A DNA stretch of 64,000 nucleotides from assembly GCF_046119375.1 (NCBI RefSeq), contig NW_027362765.1:252960001-253024000 (forward strand). The letters are read 5' to 3'. This stretch comes from Phyllobates terribilis (lineage: Eukaryota). The notes beneath the pieces are model-generated. The model was not told the DNA's origin. It did not search any database and saw nothing but the letters and a program-made list of their open reading frames with translations. Both the position numbers and the translations under genes were made by a program. Below, piece by piece: positions 63,027-64,000 of this stretch; within the stretch, counting starts at the first letter, position 1, and each line of letters starts with the position of its first letter.

Positions 63027-63480
63027 AGTGTTGAGCCACCCCCGTAGTGTTCGAGTTCGGTTCGGTTCGTCGAACACCCGTGTGTTCGCCGAACTGTTCG
63101 TCGAACTGTTCGTCGAACACCGTTAAAACCAATGGCAGGCAAACAAAAACACATAGAAACCACCTTCAAAGGTGTCCAAAAGCTGACAAACTGCTCAGAA
63201 GACACAACTAACACATGGAAAAGTGACAAGTACATATAGTCATGCGAAAAGAAAAGAGGTGGAGGAGTAAAAGGAGAGGGAGACACAAATATAGGCATGT
63301 CATGCCCTTCTAAAATCCAAAAAGTGAGAAGCTGACACGTTCAGTCCGCTCCTGCCCGTGCCACCTCCGTGTCGCCGGGTTTGTGCCAGAGCCGCGGTGA
63401 ACCCTGACGGCCAGCCCCCCTCTCCCAATACTGGTGCCTGTCCGCTGGTGGGTCGAGCGAGCCCCCCTGTGGTGGAGGCA
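63027..63480. mobile_element. hAT-type element left end
   Basis: TAGTGTTGAGC terminus followed by TTCG-rich subterminal repeats. The right end is not seen. Confidence 0.55.
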
Positions 63481-63512
63481 GCTCTAAGCTTTTTAATTTA
63501 AATTGTCTCTCT

Positions 63513-63778
63513 AATTTGAATGAATACACTTTAAATCCATTTACAAGGATCTATTGGAGGGCAAGTCTCATGCCAGCAGCCGCGTAATTCCAGCTCCAGT
63601 AGCGTCCACTAAAGCTGCTGCAGTTAAAAAGCTTTTATAAGGATCGAGCTCGGCTGTCCACCGCAAGGCATCCTACTGCCAGTCCCAGCCCCTATGCCTT
63701 GGGGTGCCTCCTGATGCTCTTCACTAAGTATCCCATGGTCCCGAAGCATTTCCTTTGAAAAAATTAAGTGTCTAAACT
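63513..63778 (+). pseudogene. 18S rRNA pseudogene fragment (helix 18 / V4 region)
   Basis: GGATCTATTGGAGGGCAAGTC..GCCAGCAGCCGCG-TAATTCCAGCTCC..GCAGTTAAAAAGC..CTTTGAAAAAATTA matches 18S with many substitutions and deletions. Confidence 0.9.
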
Positions 63779-64000
63779 ACAGGTGGTGTAGCTTGCTTAA
63801 CAGCCGGGATAATCCGCTGACTAGCAGACACTGCTACTAGGCACAAAGTATTTCCTGGGCTAGATGCAGTTAAAAATTTGTAATTAGATACTCTCGTTGG
63901 ATGCTGAGAAAGCATTCCATAGAGTCTCCTGGCACGCCATATATGATTCTCTTAAAAAGCTTGGGGTAGGGGTCTAGGGGACCCTTTTATAGCCAAAATC

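Noticed and set aside
63513-63778. Functional rRNA gene
   Set aside because: Short, mutated in universally conserved positions and without rDNA context.
57041-64000. Search for the caskin ATG exon (MGREQ/MGKEQ-like)
   Set aside because: Not found; it probably lies beyond the window.

Overview
Repeat-dense vertebrate genomic DNA, probably from a frog (inferred from the TTAA-target T2/Kolobok-type MITEs, V-SINE-like elements and an amphibian-like 18S fragment). The only host gene I can support is a CASKIN-family gene closest to CASKIN2, on the minus strand. I traced 19 coding exons from 57040 to the stop at 16347, all GT-AG and phase-consistent (ankyrin repeats, SH3, tandem SAM, Pro-rich region, C-terminal tail). 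The ATG exon was not found and probably lies beyond the right edge. The rest is transposon-derived: at least 9 Tc1/mariner copies or fragments, hAT, Harbinger, Kolobok and piggyBac-type non-autonomous elements (often nested), SINEs, solo LTRs, Penelope-like remnants, a 28-bp minisatellite and an 18S rRNA pseudofragment. The standout is a young 5-kb LTR element at 40346-45329 in the large CASKIN intron. It has about 98.5% identical 1.3-kb LTRs, a CTAG target duplication, a 19-nt tRNA-Ser primer site and a polypurine tract. It has no recognisable gag or pol; instead it carries a frameshifted ORF ending in a clear cold-shock domain. Two Tc1 transposases also carry separate 26-28-bp micro-inversions bounded by 4-bp inverted repeats.
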